This document shows positions 9,717-20,002 of a stretch of 64,000 nucleotides of DNA, one piece after another. The translations under genes were made by a program, and so were the position numbers. How positions within the stretch are numbered: position 1 is the first letter of the stretch; every line of letters begins with the position of its first letter. The DNA lies in contig JBAZYY010000005.1 in the NCBI GenBank assembly GCA_041659065.1, forward strand, positions 974-64,973, read 5' to 3'. The notes under the pieces were generated by a model. That model made no database searches and was not told where the DNA came from. It saw only the letters and a list, made by a program, of their open reading frames with translations. Source of the DNA: Parcubacteria group bacterium (lineage in GTDB: Bacteria; Patescibacteriota; Minisyncoccia; Moranbacterales; UBA11712).

Positions 9717-11123
9717 CTAATACCTATAAAGGTCTGATTTAAACGGTCCATTTTCCGGAATTCCAAGATATTGCGCCTGTTCTTTGGAGAGTTTCGTGAG
9801 CTTCACTCCGATTTTTTCGAGGTGGAGCCTGGCTACTTCTTCGTCCAGCTTTTTGGGTAGAGTATAGACCCCGATTTTATATTTTTTCGTCCAAAGTTCG
9901 ATTTGGGCCAGCACTTGGTTTGAAAAACTGTTACTCATCACAAAGCTCGGATGTCCCGTCGCGCAGCCGAGGTTCATTAGCCGCCCTTCAGCTAGAATAT
10001 ATATCTCACGTCCGTCCGAAAAAACATATTTATCGACTTGCGGTTTGATATTTTCTTTTTTGACGCCAGGAGCTTTATTAAGATTGTCAACTTGTATCTC
10101 GTTATCGAAGTGCCCAATGTTGCACACAACCGCCTGATCCTTCATTTTTTTCATATGCGCGAGCGTGATGACGTGGAGGCTGCCAGTGGCAGTGACATAT
10201 ATGTCTCCTTCGCCAAGAGTTTCTTCGATGGTTTTCACTTCATATCCTTCCATTGCCGCCTGAAGCGCGCAGATCGGGTCAATTTCAGTGACAATCACTC
10301 TTGCTCCCTGCCCGCGAAGAGCCTGAACGCAGCCTTTCCCCACCTCCCCATAGCCACAAACAACAGCGGTTTTTCCCGAGATCATGACATCCATCGCCCG
10401 ATTAAGCCCGTCAATGACTGAATGGCGGCAGCCATAAATATTGTCGAATTTGCTTTTGGTCACCGAATCGTTGACATTGATTGCCGGAAAAAGAAGTCCG
10501 CCTTTTTCAAAGCGCTGATAAAGCCGATGCACGCCGGTCGTTGTTTCTTCCGAAACGCCTTTGATGCTTTTTGTGACGCCCGTCCACCGGTTCGGGCTTT
10601 TTTGGTATTCTTTTTTCAATATTTTCATGAGCTCCTGAAAATCAACCTCTTTGTCACTGTAATCCTTTTGGAGCAATTTTGGATTTTTTTCAACTTCCGT
10701 CCCAAGATGAACCAAAAGCGTCGCGTCCCCGCCGTCATCGACAATTAAGTTCGGGCCTGTTCCGCCTCCGAAGTCGAGGGATCGCTCGAGACACCACCAA
10801 TATTCTTCGAGGGTTTCGCCTTTCCACGCGAATACGGGAATACCCGCTTTGGCTATCGCTGCTGCCGCATGATCCTGCGTTGAAAAAATATTACAGCTTG
10901 ACCACCGGACTTTAGCGCCCAGTGCGACGAGCGTTTCAATGAGCACTGCTGTTTGGATCGTCATATGGAGTGAACCGGTAATCTTCACGTTCTTTAGGGG
11001 CTTCTTATCTGCATACTTTTTTCTAATTGCCATCAGGCCCACCATTTCCTTTTCGGCAATTATAATTTCTTTGCGCCCCCACTCGGCGAGCTTGATATCT
11101 GCAATTTTGTAATCTACTTTCAT
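9717..11123 (-). CDS. ahcY: S-adenosyl-L-homocysteine hydrolase (adenosylhomocysteinase)
   Basis: The canonical N-terminus [28 protein letters not shown] is present. An NAD-binding region GYGEVGKG and the conserved C-terminal block are also found. Confidence 0.9.
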   Translation of the reverse strand: MKVDYKIADIKLAEWGRKEIIIAEKEMVGLMAIRKKYADKKPLKNVKITGSLHMTIQTAVLIETLVALGAKVRWSSCNIFSTQDHAAAAIAKAGIPVFAWKGETLEEYWWCLERSLDFGGGTGPNLIVDDGGDATLLVHLGTEVEKNPKLLQKDYSDKEVDFQELMKILKKEYQKSPNRWTGVTKSIKGVSEETTTGVHRLYQRFEKGGLLFPAINVNDSVTKSKFDNIYGCRHSVIDGLNRAMDVMISGKTAVVCGYGEVGKGCVQALRGQGARVIVTEIDPICALQAAMEGYEVKTIEETLGEGDIYVTATGSLHVITLAHMKKMKDQAVVCNIGHFDNEIQVDNLNKAPGVKKENIKPQVDKYVFSDGREIYILAEGRLMNLGCATGHPSFVMSNSFSNQVLAQIELWTKKYKIGVYTLPKKLDEEVARLHLEKIGVKLTKLSKEQAQYLGIPENGPFKSDLYRY

Positions 11124-11157
11124 AGAATTTTAAAATTGAATAATTTAATAATTTGTT

Positions 11158-11190
11158 TGAAAATTGAAAATTAGAAATTGAAAATTGAAC
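11158..11190. repeat. Heptamer tandem repeat (GAAAATT x4), intergenic between ahcY and the kinase
   Basis: The tract reads gaaaattgaaaattagaaattgaaaattgaa. Confidence 0.7.
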
Positions 11191-11199
11191 CAACATTGA

Positions 11200-12144
11200 T
11201 TATAGTTGCACATTTTCTCTGTAAGAAGCTTTGTATCTTTTCCTGAACTCTGCTAGCGAAAAATGGTGTTCTTGCGTCCCATACTTTTCAATCGCAAAAC
11301 TTGACGCAACGCTTCCGATCCTCGCGCACATTCTTAAATTATATCCCTTTTCAAGACCTAGCAAAAATCCCGCCCGGTAGGCGTCCCCCGCGCCGGTCGG
11401 ATCTTCAATTTTTTCCGGCCGACATGCCGAAACCAAGATTTTCTGCTTGCCGCGAGATTCAATCCGAGATCCTTGTTTGCCGCAAGTCGTCACTAGCGTT
11501 ACCACTTGCTTCAAAATTTCTTGTTTATCCCAGCCCATCCTTTTTTGAACCATTTTTATTTCATAATCATTGCCAATTAGAATGTCCGCCTGGCTAATAG
11601 CCGCTTCCAATTCTTTTTCTGAAAAAGCCGGAATTTGTTGACCTGGGTCAAAAATTGTATTTATGCCGCTTTTTGAACATTCAGCCAAGTGCTTAAGCAT
11701 CACGCCTTTCTCTGTTGGAGATATTATGGCCCATTTTGGCTTTTTGCCTTTCTCACCAGAAAGAATGTCCGGCGCAAAACCAAGCGCGCCATTGTAGAAA
11801 GCGGTAATTTGATTATCATCGAGATCGGTCGTGATATAGCATGAAGCGGTAAAAAGTTTTCTGTCTTTTAATATTTTACTAGTTTTGATGCCGAGTCTTT
11901 TCAAATAATTAATGTATTCGTCCCCGTCCTGACCAACAGACGAAACGATGATCGGATCTGCTCCGAGCTTTTTCAGATTATAGGCAATATTTCCCGCAGT
12001 TCCACCCTTGCTTTTTCCCAGCTTTTCCACCGTGAAACAAACATTCAGGATATGAATATTGTCGGGCAGAATATGATTTTTGAAACGATCCGGAAAGTCC
12101 ATGATGTTGTCATAGACCAACGACCCGGAAACAAGAATTGACAT
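11200..12144 (-). CDS. PfkB-family carbohydrate/nucleoside kinase, adenosine-kinase-like
   Basis: The PfkB signature DPTGAGDAYRAGFLLG is present. The start is placed at the internal Met (MSILVSGSLVYD) so that the CDS does not run through the tRNA-Ser gene. Adjacency to ahcY suggests a role in adenosine salvage. Confidence 0.7.
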   Translation of the reverse strand: MSILVSGSLVYDNIMDFPDRFKNHILPDNIHILNVCFTVEKLGKSKGGTAGNIAYNLKKLGADPIIVSSVGQDGDEYINYLKRLGIKTSKILKDRKLFTASCYITTDLDDNQITAFYNGALGFAPDILSGEKGKKPKWAIISPTEKGVMLKHLAECSKSGINTIFDPGQQIPAFSEKELEAAISQADILIGNDYEIKMVQKRMGWDKQEILKQVVTLVTTCGKQGSRIESRGKQKILVSACRPEKIEDPTGAGDAYRAGFLLGLEKGYNLRMCARIGSVASSFAIEKYGTQEHHFSLAEFRKRYKASYRENVQL

Positions 12145-12162
12145 AGTATTGGTTTTTAATAG

Positions 12163-12247
12163 CGGAGAGGGAGGGAGTCGAACCCTCGATACCTTGCGGT
12201 ATACCCGCTTTCCAAGCGAGCGCACTAGGCCACTATGCGACCTCTCC
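12163..12247 (-). tRNA. tRNA-Ser (anticodon GGA)
   Basis: The reverse complement folds as a cloverleaf. It has a GGAGAGG/CCTCTCC acceptor stem, an anticodon loop UUGGAAA (GGA), a long variable stem-loop (GUAUACC-GCAA-GGUAUC), and a T-arm GAGGG-UUCGACU-CCCUC. The discriminator is G and there is no encoded CCA. Confidence 0.8.
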
Positions 12248-12256
12248 AGCTTTTGT

Positions 12257-12285
12257 ATAATATCCCATTATAAAGCTAAAATCAA
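12257..12285 (-). promoter_or_regulatory. Candidate sigma-70 promoter for tRNA-Ser (TTGATT-N17-TATTAT), with the -35 embedded in a hairpin
   Basis: On the minus strand, TTGATT (plus 12280-12285) and TATTAT (plus 12257-12262) are separated by 17 nt, about 9 nt upstream of the tRNA 5' end. The -35 lies within the 11-bp-stem palindrome at 12278-12303. Confidence 0.35.
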
Positions 12286-12433
12286 GCTTTTTAGCTTGAT
12301 TTTATGCAGCTTATTATGATACGGATTGCTTTTAATAGGATTAAATAAAAAAACAACCCCCCATCATCACTTGAAACTTGCGTGTTACACACAAGTGACG
12401 ACGGGAGGCAGAAAGAGCACCGGAAACGCAAGT

Positions 12434-13309
12434 TTACGCCTTGCGCCTCCAGAAGAAAAGGCCGATCAAACCAGAGCCCAGGAGCATCATCGTCCCTGGG
12501 ATTGGGATCGGTGGCGGCGGAGGGGGAGGAGGATATGGTGGGGGTGGAAAGGGTGGGGGTGGAAAGGATGGGGGTGGGTATTCCGGAGGACTGCCTCCAC
12601 CTCCTCCACTGGAAACTCCTCCCGGACTGCATATTCCCGCATAATACGACGGAACACCAGTAACTGAAGATCCGGTTGGGGGAATATATCCCGCTGGTCC
12701 GCCAGGACCCCAACCTCCCTCGGGAAAAATAAGAGTATACTCCGCCTTAACCTTTGAATTCCCACAAAATGCAGTCGCCCATCTGAATTTCAGCAGACCG
12801 CTTATTCCAAGCCTGCGAAAGATTTCCTGGGGAATCCTAATGGTGATAAGATACTCACCATTTTTAAGGTCGGCCCAATCAACCTCTGCTTGACCCACCG
12901 GAATTCCTCGCCTAGCCTGAACTTTAATAAAGCTCCCGTCTGGATTCCTGCCATAATCAAGACCGGGAATTTGGGCAAACATTTCTGAGGTCGCCCAAGC
13001 GGAGTCAAACAAAACCAGCCCACGTCTATACTCCGATAACTTCACGGCAAGAATGCCGGATTCAGATTCAATCCGAAGATCCGCGATATTATCGCGAATC
13101 CCTGCATGCGGTCCAGGGTAGTTTGTTTTCATTCGAGGCACGACATAGCCATTCTCCTCACATACAACTATGTCGTGAGTCCGAAAAATATCGGGTCCAA
13201 GATATTTTTCCAATGTCCCTTCCCGAGAGAGAACATCCGCCATTGTTACGTTAACCCCTGTATACGGAAAGAGCGACAGTGCCAAAACGAAAATGACTAT
13301 AGGGCGCAT
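12434..13309 (-). CDS. Secreted hypothetical protein with a Pro/Gly-rich C-terminal region and a C-terminal sorting-signal-like TM+RRK tail
   Basis: An N-terminal signal peptide is followed by a globular region and then PPPPFPPPPYPPPPPPPPIPIPG. The protein ends ...PGTMMLLGSGLIGLFFWRRKA, which is like a PEP-CTERM/PGF-CTERM-type anchor. The GC-rich PPPxP coding repeats create spurious antisense ORFs. Confidence 0.5.
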   Translation of the reverse strand: MRPIVIFVLALSLFPYTGVNVTMADVLSREGTLEKYLGPDIFRTHDIVVCEENGYVVPRMKTNYPGPHAGIRDNIADLRIESESGILAVKLSEYRRGLVLFDSAWATSEMFAQIPGLDYGRNPDGSFIKVQARRGIPVGQAEVDWADLKNGEYLITIRIPQEIFRRLGISGLLKFRWATAFCGNSKVKAEYTLIFPEGGWGPGGPAGYIPPTGSSVTGVPSYYAGICSPGGVSSGGGGGSPPEYPPPSFPPPPFPPPPYPPPPPPPPIPIPGTMMLLGSGLIGLFFWRRKA

Positions 13310-13432
13310 CCTGCTCCCTCCTTTAACTATGATTTTTAAGGTTGCAATCCTGAAGAGCTATCTTGGCACAATAAAAAAGCTTTGTCAAACTGAAGTTAAC
13401 ATTCCAAAAACGCTAAAAGAAGCTAATATTGG

Positions 13433-15862
13433 CTATTTCTCTATCTTCGCGATCTCAATCATTGTCTTGATGACCGTGTCGGGATTGAGAGAGATGGAAT
13501 CGATTTTTTCAACTACCAAAAATTTGGCAAAATCCAAGAAGTCCGACGGCGCTTGGCCGCAGATTCCAACCTTTCTTCGCGCTTTATGAGCTTTGAAGAT
13601 TACTTGTCGGATGAGTTCTTTTACGGCTTCGTTTCGTTCATCATAGACATGCGAAACTTTGGCGCTGTCGCGGTCAACTCCGAGCGTAAGCTGGGTGAGA
13701 TCGTTCGAACCAATTGAAAAGCCGTCAAAAATCTTAGAATATTCACTCGCAAGAATTACATTCGAGGGAATTTCACACATTACATAGACCTGAAGCCCAT
13801 TCTGACCCCGTTTAAGCCCATGTTTTTCCATCTCCGCCAATACTTTTTTGCCTTCTTCGACTGTACGGCAAAAGGGAATCATCGCTTTAAGGTTCGTAAG
13901 CCCCATCACTTCCCGAACTTTTTTAAAAGCCAAGCATTCGAGGCGAAACCCTTCCATATAGTCCGGATCGTAATATCTCGAAGCCCCTCGCCAGCCGATC
14001 ATCGGATTTTCTTCCGCCGGCTCAAAATATCTTCCACCAACCAAAGTCGCGTACTCGTTTGTTTTAAAATCGGACATCCTAACAATTACATCTTTGGGAT
14101 AAAAAGCCGCGCAGATCCTTCCGATTCCTTCAGCCAATTTGTCCACGAAGAATTCCTCTTTGTTTTTGTATCCATAAGTCAGCTCATTGATTTTTTTCTT
14201 CTCATCCTTGTCTTTCACCTTTTCAAAATGCACCAGCGCCATCGGGTGGACCTTGATGTATTCGGTGATAATAAATTCTTCACGCGCGAGCCCCACTCCG
14301 TCATTGGGGATAAATGATAGGTCAAAAGCCTGATCAGGGTTGCCGACATTCATCATAATCCTGGTTTTGGTCTTTTTAATCTCTTTGAGATTAGTCGTCT
14401 TGATTTCGTATTTCAATATTCCTTCATAAACTTTTCCTTCTTCGCCTTCGGCGCAGCTGATCGTCACGGACTTTGTGTCTTTAATGGCGCTGGTTGCGTT
14501 TCCCGTTCCAACAATGCACGGAATACCAAGTTCGCGTGAAACAATCGCCGCGTGCGAAGTCCGTCCACCGGAATTTGTGACAATCGCTGACGCAATTTTC
14601 ATTATCGGCTCCCAATCCGGATCTGTCATTTCCGTGACAAGCACTTCTCCTTTTTTAAATTCTGAAATTTTTGCGACATCCTTGATGACATTGGCGCGTC
14701 CCGCTCCAATTTTTCCTCCCACGGCCGCTCCGACACACAAAACTTTGCTTTTATCCTTCAAAATATATTCCTCCAACACATTTTTCTTTTTCTGCGATTG
14801 AACCGTTTCCGGCCGCGCTTGCACAATGAAAAGCTGGCCGCTTCTACCGTCTTTCGCCCACTCGATATCCATCGGTTTTTTATAGTGCTCTTCGATCAGA
14901 ACCCCCCAATCCGCAAGTTCGACTGCTTCACTGTCCGTGAGGCAGAACCGGCGCCGGTCTTCTTGGGAGACAATCGCGTTTTGAGTCGAAGAAGTTCCCC
15001 CAACGCTGTACACCAGCTTACTTTCCTTGCTACCTAGTTTTTTCCCGATGATTGATTTAAATCCCTTTTTAAGCGTTGGCTTATGCACGATGAATTCATC
15101 CGGGTTTACCTTACCTTTCACTATATTTTCTCCGAGCCCCCAAGATCCATTAATGATGATGGCGTCCTGAAAACCCGATTCGGTGTCAATCGTAAACATA
15201 ACTCCGCTTGAAGCTTCATCCGAACGCACCATTTTTTGCACGCCGACGGAAAGCGCCACGCTGAACTGGTCAAATCCTTTATCGTACCGATAAGAAATCG
15301 CCCGATCCGTAAAAAGGGAAGAAAAACATTTTTTTATGGACTCAAGCAATTGGTATTCCCCCGTAACATTAAGATACGATTCCTGCTGCCCGGCGAATGA
15401 AGCGTCAACCAGATCCTCGGCTGTCGCACTCGAGCGCACTGCGACATCGACACCGCCTGCAAAATGATTAGTATGGTCAAGCTTGTCCCAGCTTATCCTA
15501 AAACTTTTGCGCGGACTGTAAGCATGGGAAAGCTTGGAGTAGGCTTCTATAATTTGATTTCTGAGATCAACCGGAAATTCAGCCGAAAGAATCACCTGGC
15601 GGACCCGATAACCCCGCTCCGCGAGATTGCGCATGTTGGACGTATCCAGCCCCTTGAGTATTTTCTTTATCTCCTGGTCCAGCTCGTTTTGGGAGATGAA
15701 ATAGCGATAGGCCTCCGCGGTAACAGAAAAACCATCCGGGACTCGAATACCCTTCTTCTTCAAATTGGTATACATCTCGCCAAGCGAAGCGTTTTTCCCG
15801 CCAACGAGTTCAATGTCGGCTATTCCCGTTCCTTTGAACGGAAGAATATATTTTTGTTTCAT
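13433..15862 (-). CDS. ppsA: Phosphoenolpyruvate synthase (pyruvate, water dikinase)
   Basis: The N-terminus MKQKYILPF..GGKNASLGEM matches PpsA. A phosphohistidine domain GGRTSHAAIVSRELGIPCIVG and a C-terminal PEP-utilising TIM domain are present. The length of 809 aa fits. Confidence 0.85.
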   Translation of the reverse strand: MKQKYILPFKGTGIADIELVGGKNASLGEMYTNLKKKGIRVPDGFSVTAEAYRYFISQNELDQEIKKILKGLDTSNMRNLAERGYRVRQVILSAEFPVDLRNQIIEAYSKLSHAYSPRKSFRISWDKLDHTNHFAGGVDVAVRSSATAEDLVDASFAGQQESYLNVTGEYQLLESIKKCFSSLFTDRAISYRYDKGFDQFSVALSVGVQKMVRSDEASSGVMFTIDTESGFQDAIIINGSWGLGENIVKGKVNPDEFIVHKPTLKKGFKSIIGKKLGSKESKLVYSVGGTSSTQNAIVSQEDRRRFCLTDSEAVELADWGVLIEEHYKKPMDIEWAKDGRSGQLFIVQARPETVQSQKKKNVLEEYILKDKSKVLCVGAAVGGKIGAGRANVIKDVAKISEFKKGEVLVTEMTDPDWEPIMKIASAIVTNSGGRTSHAAIVSRELGIPCIVGTGNATSAIKDTKSVTISCAEGEEGKVYEGILKYEIKTTNLKEIKKTKTRIMMNVGNPDQAFDLSFIPNDGVGLAREEFIITEYIKVHPMALVHFEKVKDKDEKKKINELTYGYKNKEEFFVDKLAEGIGRICAAFYPKDVIVRMSDFKTNEYATLVGGRYFEPAEENPMIGWRGASRYYDPDYMEGFRLECLAFKKVREVMGLTNLKAMIPFCRTVEEGKKVLAEMEKHGLKRGQNGLQVYVMCEIPSNVILASEYSKIFDGFSIGSNDLTQLTLGVDRDSAKVSHVYDERNEAVKELIRQVIFKAHKARRKVGICGQAPSDFLDFAKFLVVEKIDSISLNPDTVIKTMIEIAKIEK

Positions 15863-15962
15863 GTTTTTTATATTTGTTTAATCAAAAAGTACTCTTTGTT
15901 TAATTATAACATAAAAAAAGAATGTAAGAAACATTCTTTGATTGATCAGTAATTTTCAGCCT

Positions 15963-17447
15963 TTATTTTATTTCATCCACCTTGACCAAGCTCATGTGTT
16001 CTTTTTTTACATGCGGGCGTCCGGCAACCATTACCACCCTTTCGCCTTTTTTCAGCATCTTGTTTTTCTTTAAAGTTTCGATGGATCTGTCAATCAGCTC
16101 GTCCAAGTCCCGACAGTTGGGCAATATGAAGCTATGTACTCCCCAGACCAAAGAAAGTTGACTGTGCGTCTTGGGATTATTGGTCATCACATATATTTCC
16201 TGCTCTGGGCGATGGCGCGTAATCATTCTGGCCGTGAAACCGCTCATGCTGGCCACTACAATCGCCTTAGCTCCGCTGTCTTTTAGAAGCTCATGCGCCG
16301 CCTGCGCTACTGCCGCTGAAACAGATGCGGTCTGATCACCTAAAAATCCATGGGCCAAATCGTCAAAAGGCGATTCCTCAGTCCGCTCGATGATTTTTTT
16401 CATTGTTCTGACTGCCTCTACTGGGTATTTCCCACTCGCTGTTTCTCCGGAAAGCATGACTGCATCGGCATGGTCAACAACCGCATTCGCGACATCACTA
16501 ACCTCTGCTCTAGTAGGCCGCGGATTTCTAATCATCGAATCCAGCATTTGAGTCGCAACAATCACGGGCTTAGCCGCCCTGACGCACTTGGCAACCATTT
16601 CTTTCTGGAGTATCGGCAAATTTTCTTGCGGCATTTCTATCCCCAGATCCCCGCGCGCTACCATCACGGCATCAGTCGCTTTTAATATCTCATCAAAATT
16701 TTTCATGGCTTCACGCCGTTCTATTTTCGCGATTACTTGCGGGAGTCCTTTTTTGTTTTTGGATCTTTTCTGAATTATTTTTTTAAGATTCTTGATTTCC
16801 TTCGCGTTTCTTACGAAAGACAGGGCGATAAAATCCACCTCCTGGGCCAGGGCGAAATCCAGCACCTCTTTGTCCTGCTCAGTGAGCGCGCCCAATTTCG
16901 CGGATATACCGGGAATATTAACGCCCTTTCTGGGTTTTATTACTCCGTCGTCAGCCGCCCGACACTCGATTAAATTATTTTTTTTATTTACCGCTTTGAG
17001 CTTGATTAATCCGTCTTCAATCAGGATTTCATTGTCTTTTTTTATCAGCTTTGAACCATCCGGAAAATCCAGGAAGATAATTTTACGGTTTTCTTTCTTT
17101 TTATCGGAATGCGTTTTGGGCTGTTCGGACGTCACATACACCGTTTCCCCTTTTTTTATTTTCATTTCCTTTTTATTCGCAATCCTGATTCGAGGACCCT
17201 GCAGATCCGCCATTATCCCGATTGGCTGCTTTGTTCTTTTGCTGATTTCCCGCAGCATTTTAATAACTCTCTGGTGCGATAAAAAATCCCCGTGCGAGAA
17301 GTTGAGCCGCGCAACGTCCATCCCGCCTTTTAGCATATCCTCAAGTACTTTTTTCTTGTCAGACGCCGGACCGATTGTGGCTATAATTTTTGTCTTTTTC
17401 CCGCCGTAAGCGGATCTGCCCCTTGCAGACATGTTGCCATTCATCAT
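15963..17447 (-). CDS. pyk: Pyruvate kinase
   Basis: The sequence KTKIIATIGPASD is followed by MVARGDLGIEM and an Lys/Glu-rich insertion. A C-terminal regulatory domain is present. Confidence 0.9.
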   Translation of the reverse strand: MMNGNMSARGRSAYGGKKTKIIATIGPASDKKKVLEDMLKGGMDVARLNFSHGDFLSHQRVIKMLREISKRTKQPIGIMADLQGPRIRIANKKEMKIKKGETVYVTSEQPKTHSDKKKENRKIIFLDFPDGSKLIKKDNEILIEDGLIKLKAVNKKNNLIECRAADDGVIKPRKGVNIPGISAKLGALTEQDKEVLDFALAQEVDFIALSFVRNAKEIKNLKKIIQKRSKNKKGLPQVIAKIERREAMKNFDEILKATDAVMVARGDLGIEMPQENLPILQKEMVAKCVRAAKPVIVATQMLDSMIRNPRPTRAEVSDVANAVVDHADAVMLSGETASGKYPVEAVRTMKKIIERTEESPFDDLAHGFLGDQTASVSAAVAQAAHELLKDSGAKAIVVASMSGFTARMITRHRPEQEIYVMTNNPKTHSQLSLVWGVHSFILPNCRDLDELIDRSIETLKKNKMLKKGERVVMVAGRPHVKKEHMSLVKVDEIK

Positions 17448-17563
17448 TTTTATATTAAATCAAGCATATTATTAACTCGCTCCTTACACTCCGATTATAC
17501 ACTAAAACAGACAGCCTCAAAAGGGCTGCCTGTTTTATAAAAAGCACTACTGCGCGAAACACT

Positions 17564-17911
17564 TTAGCTTATTAGTTTGAATCCTCCGATAAGAGGAAGT
17601 TCTTTCATTTCGCCTTTCGCTCCGTTAATTATTCCCATGATAGCAACTACGATAAGAAAGATTGAGCCCAAAGGCAGAATAATAAACCAGCCAATAAAAG
17701 GTATAACTCCGCCAACAATATTCACTACAATAGCGGCCAAGAGAAGATTTAGTTGCTGGTTGGCGTGGAATTTCGCGAATGGGCTATTCTTGGCGTCTGT
17801 TACAAGCGGAATGAAAAAAAGAATCGGAATGATATACCCAATAATTGCCATGGCTTTGTTTTTTTCCACATCCCCGGCCTCAGCCTTTGTTTCTTTTTTT
17901 TCTTCGGTCAT
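17564..17911 (-). CDS. DUF4870-like small membrane protein
   Basis: The product has two TM helices and an HANQQLNL motif. The start is placed at MTEEKK; the upstream part of the longer ORF lacks coding character. Confidence 0.5.
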   Translation of the reverse strand: MTEEKKETKAEAGDVEKNKAMAIIGYIIPILFFIPLVTDAKNSPFAKFHANQQLNLLLAAIVVNIVGGVIPFIGWFIILPLGSIFLIVVAIMGIINGAKGEMKELPLIGGFKLIS

Positions 17912-17988
17912 TTTTTCACCTCGCTTTCTGTTTTGAAGATTTTTATTTATCCGAATAACCTCTAAGTTTTCTGGTTTCCTTGATTGTA

Positions 17989-18432
17989 TTAAAGCATACT
18001 TTCCAGCTCCCGCAAAATATCCTCCGGAATAGGATCTCTTTTGGGACTCACGCCCGGATAGCGCCACGCGCTGATTATGCGTATTTTCGGTGTTTCAAAA
18101 CTTTTGACTTTTGATTTTTGACCTTTGACTTTTTTTTCGTACATCGCCCAAATTTCGCTACTCCAGACTCGTTTCCCCTCCTTTGTGCGGAGTGATGTCG
18201 GCCCGCCTCGCGTCGACTCTCCTTGATTCGGCGAAGCAGGCAAGCGGACAAAGCGAGTCGAGGCGGGCTGCATAACTGCGATTGTGTTTTTTACGATTCC
18301 TTCTTCCGTTCTTTTCGGATTTTTCACCACCCGCAAAATCCTTTGCGCCGTGAGGCCGTATTGCTTCATCTTGTATGCCGCGTGTTGCGTCCACTCGTAT
18401 TTTTCCGTGTTTTTTGGAATCTTGAACCGCAT
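17989..18432 (-). CDS. Hypothetical protein
   Basis: The start is chosen at MRFKIPKN to avoid overlap with the TrmB gene. The coding region contains a heptamer repeat tract (18101-18138). Confidence 0.4.
   Translation of the reverse strand: MRFKIPKNTEKYEWTQHAAYKMKQYGLTAQRILRVVKNPKRTEEGIVKNTIAVMQPASTRFVRLPASPNQGESTRGGPTSLRTKEGKRVWSSEIWAMYEKKVKGQKSKVKSFETPKIRIISAWRYPGVSPKRDPIPEDILRELESML
18101..18138. repeat. Heptamer tandem repeat (CTTTTGA-like x5) inside hypothetical CDS
   Basis: The tract reads cttttgacttttgatttttgacctttgactttttttt. Confidence 0.65.
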
Positions 18433-18436
18433 AGAA

Positions 18437-19189
18437 TCACTTCTTATTTTTCTCCGTCGGCAGCAGCTCCCACAAAGTTTCAAAAACAGCTTTGAAAGTG
18501 TCGACCATCGGCTGGAGCGAAATGAGCACTGCTAAGGAGCTCAGATTTGTATCAACGACGAGCACCTTGTCGTGATAAATATCAATCGAACTTTTGAGAT
18601 TATATGTTTTTGGCAAAAATTTGTATTCGCGCAAAGGCTCAGTTGTTTTTTTAACGTTTTCCCGCGAATCCTCGGAAAAAAGCATGCGCGTTTTGATGCC
18701 GAGCCTGGCGCGGTCCTTTCTGTATTGCCTGACAAACTCCGGATCCAGGCTTTCCCAAGAAATATCGCTTGAGATCACGTAGTATCGATCCCTTTTTCGA
18801 TTTTTGTATTCTGCCTGGATGTCCAGATAGAGCTGTTTTAATTCTTCTTTTGTTTCAATGAAGCGCATACCAAACAGTTGAGCCTGCTTTTTTTCCATTG
18901 ATTCAAGCGTTGGAATAAGCTTGTTAAAAACATCCAGCTTTTTTTCAAACAAGCTTGCTAATTTCTTAGGCGAGACAGGATGATAGTATTTTCGACTTTT
19001 GCGAAAATAAACTAAAACCAGATTTTTGCTCGCCAGCGACTGCAAAATAGCATAGACAGTCGTTCTTTTAACCCCCATTTCGCGCGCCACCGTGCTGGCT
19101 AATCCTCCACCCAACTTCAAAAGCGCAAGATACGCCTCAACTTCCTGCTCCGGCAGCCCCAAGTCTTTGATTATTTTCACATTGTCCAT
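18437..19189 (-). CDS. TrmB-family transcriptional regulator
   Basis: The N-terminal winged HTH EAYLALLKLGGGLASTVAREMGVKRTTVYAILQSLASKNLV is present. The C-terminal domain is shared with the paralogs at 35307, 40244 and 62584. Confidence 0.7.
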   Translation of the reverse strand: MDNVKIIKDLGLPEQEVEAYLALLKLGGGLASTVAREMGVKRTTVYAILQSLASKNLVLVYFRKSRKYYHPVSPKKLASLFEKKLDVFNKLIPTLESMEKKQAQLFGMRFIETKEELKQLYLDIQAEYKNRKRDRYYVISSDISWESLDPEFVRQYRKDRARLGIKTRMLFSEDSRENVKKTTEPLREYKFLPKTYNLKSSIDIYHDKVLVVDTNLSSLAVLISLQPMVDTFKAVFETLWELLPTEKNKK

Positions 19190-19277
19190 ACGGTGTCTAA
19201 AATATACAACACTTATATTAAGTATGATTATTTTATCATTTATAAGCTAAATTGTCAACATGTATAGTCCTCTATTA

Positions 19278-19305
19278 TTGACGATTATGTTCATCAGGCT
19301 ATAAT
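19278..19305 (+). promoter_or_regulatory. Candidate sigma-70 promoter TTGACG-N16-TATAAT for ORF 19364
   Basis: The promoter reads ttgacg attatgttcatcaggc tataat, about 60 nt upstream of the ATG. A GGAG-like ribosome-binding site (aaaaggagatttcctaaaATG) follows. Confidence 0.45.
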
Positions 19306-19363
19306 TACGGGTCAAAATAAAAACAAAGGGCGCAAGCTCTTTTAAAAAAGGAGATTTCCTAAA

Positions 19364-20002
19364 ATGAATTCCTCCATTTCCAACATTATGCCTTGGAAAC
19401 TCGACGAGCTCGTCAACAATTTGATGAACCAAGTGGGCGTAAATAATCCGACGCAAGGCGTAGAGCTTTTCAATTCCGGAGCGTGGCAAGCCTGCAAAGT
19501 TCTCCCCCGCTGGAAAGAACGTGAGGGTATATTCTATTTCTCTGTAGCTTCAGATAGAACCAGCGGCAGACAATGGATCAAGCGGTTGGAGAAAAATGGT
19601 CTTAAGATCTACGAAAAAGCGAAAGAAATACTTTGCTCTCCCGGCTTCAAAGCCACCGGCGGCATTGAATATGGCATTGCCGTGATCAAACCCTCGCTGA
19701 TTCGTGAATATGGATGTACAATCAAGGATCTTCTCGTTGAGATGAATCATCGATTCCTAAAACGGCCGGGTGTCGAAATTGCATGCCTTATTCGCGAATA
19801 CCTATCCGACAAAGAGATTGGGGAGATGGGCTTGGACTCAATCGTCACTCTGCATGAGCCAGTCGATGGGATCTTACTCGGAATTACCTTGGGACATTGG
19901 CGGTTATCAAGTTATGGCTATGATCTCGATTTCTGTTACTGGGATCTCAAAACCGCATTTGCCTTTATCGTTTGGGAAGCAATTCTGGGAGAAATAGAAT
20001 AA
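19364..20002 (+). CDS. Hypothetical protein
   Basis: This 212-aa ORF has a good ribosome-binding site and promoter. No recognisable motif was found. Confidence 0.5.
   Translation: MNSSISNIMPWKLDELVNNLMNQVGVNNPTQGVELFNSGAWQACKVLPRWKEREGIFYFSVASDRTSGRQWIKRLEKNGLKIYEKAKEILCSPGFKATGGIEYGIAVIKPSLIREYGCTIKDLLVEMNHRFLKRPGVEIACLIREYLSDKEIGEMGLDSIVTLHEPVDGILLGITLGHWRLSSYGYDLDFCYWDLKTAFAFIVWEAILGEIE

Noticed and set aside
11200-12225. The long N-terminal extension of the PfkB kinase ORF (start 12225)
   Set aside because: The extension would run through the tRNA-Ser gene (12163-12247) on the same strand, and its N-terminal 27 aa are non-conserved and basic. The internal Met at 12144 was used.
12291-12765. 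Overlapping ORFs on both strands (12291..12713, 12326..12667, 12382..12663, 12441..12644, 12487..12765) rich in Gly/Trp/Arg
   Set aside because: These are artefacts of the GC-rich proline-codon repeats (CCNCCN) at the 3' end of gene 12434..13309. The alternative frames read as poly-G/W/R.
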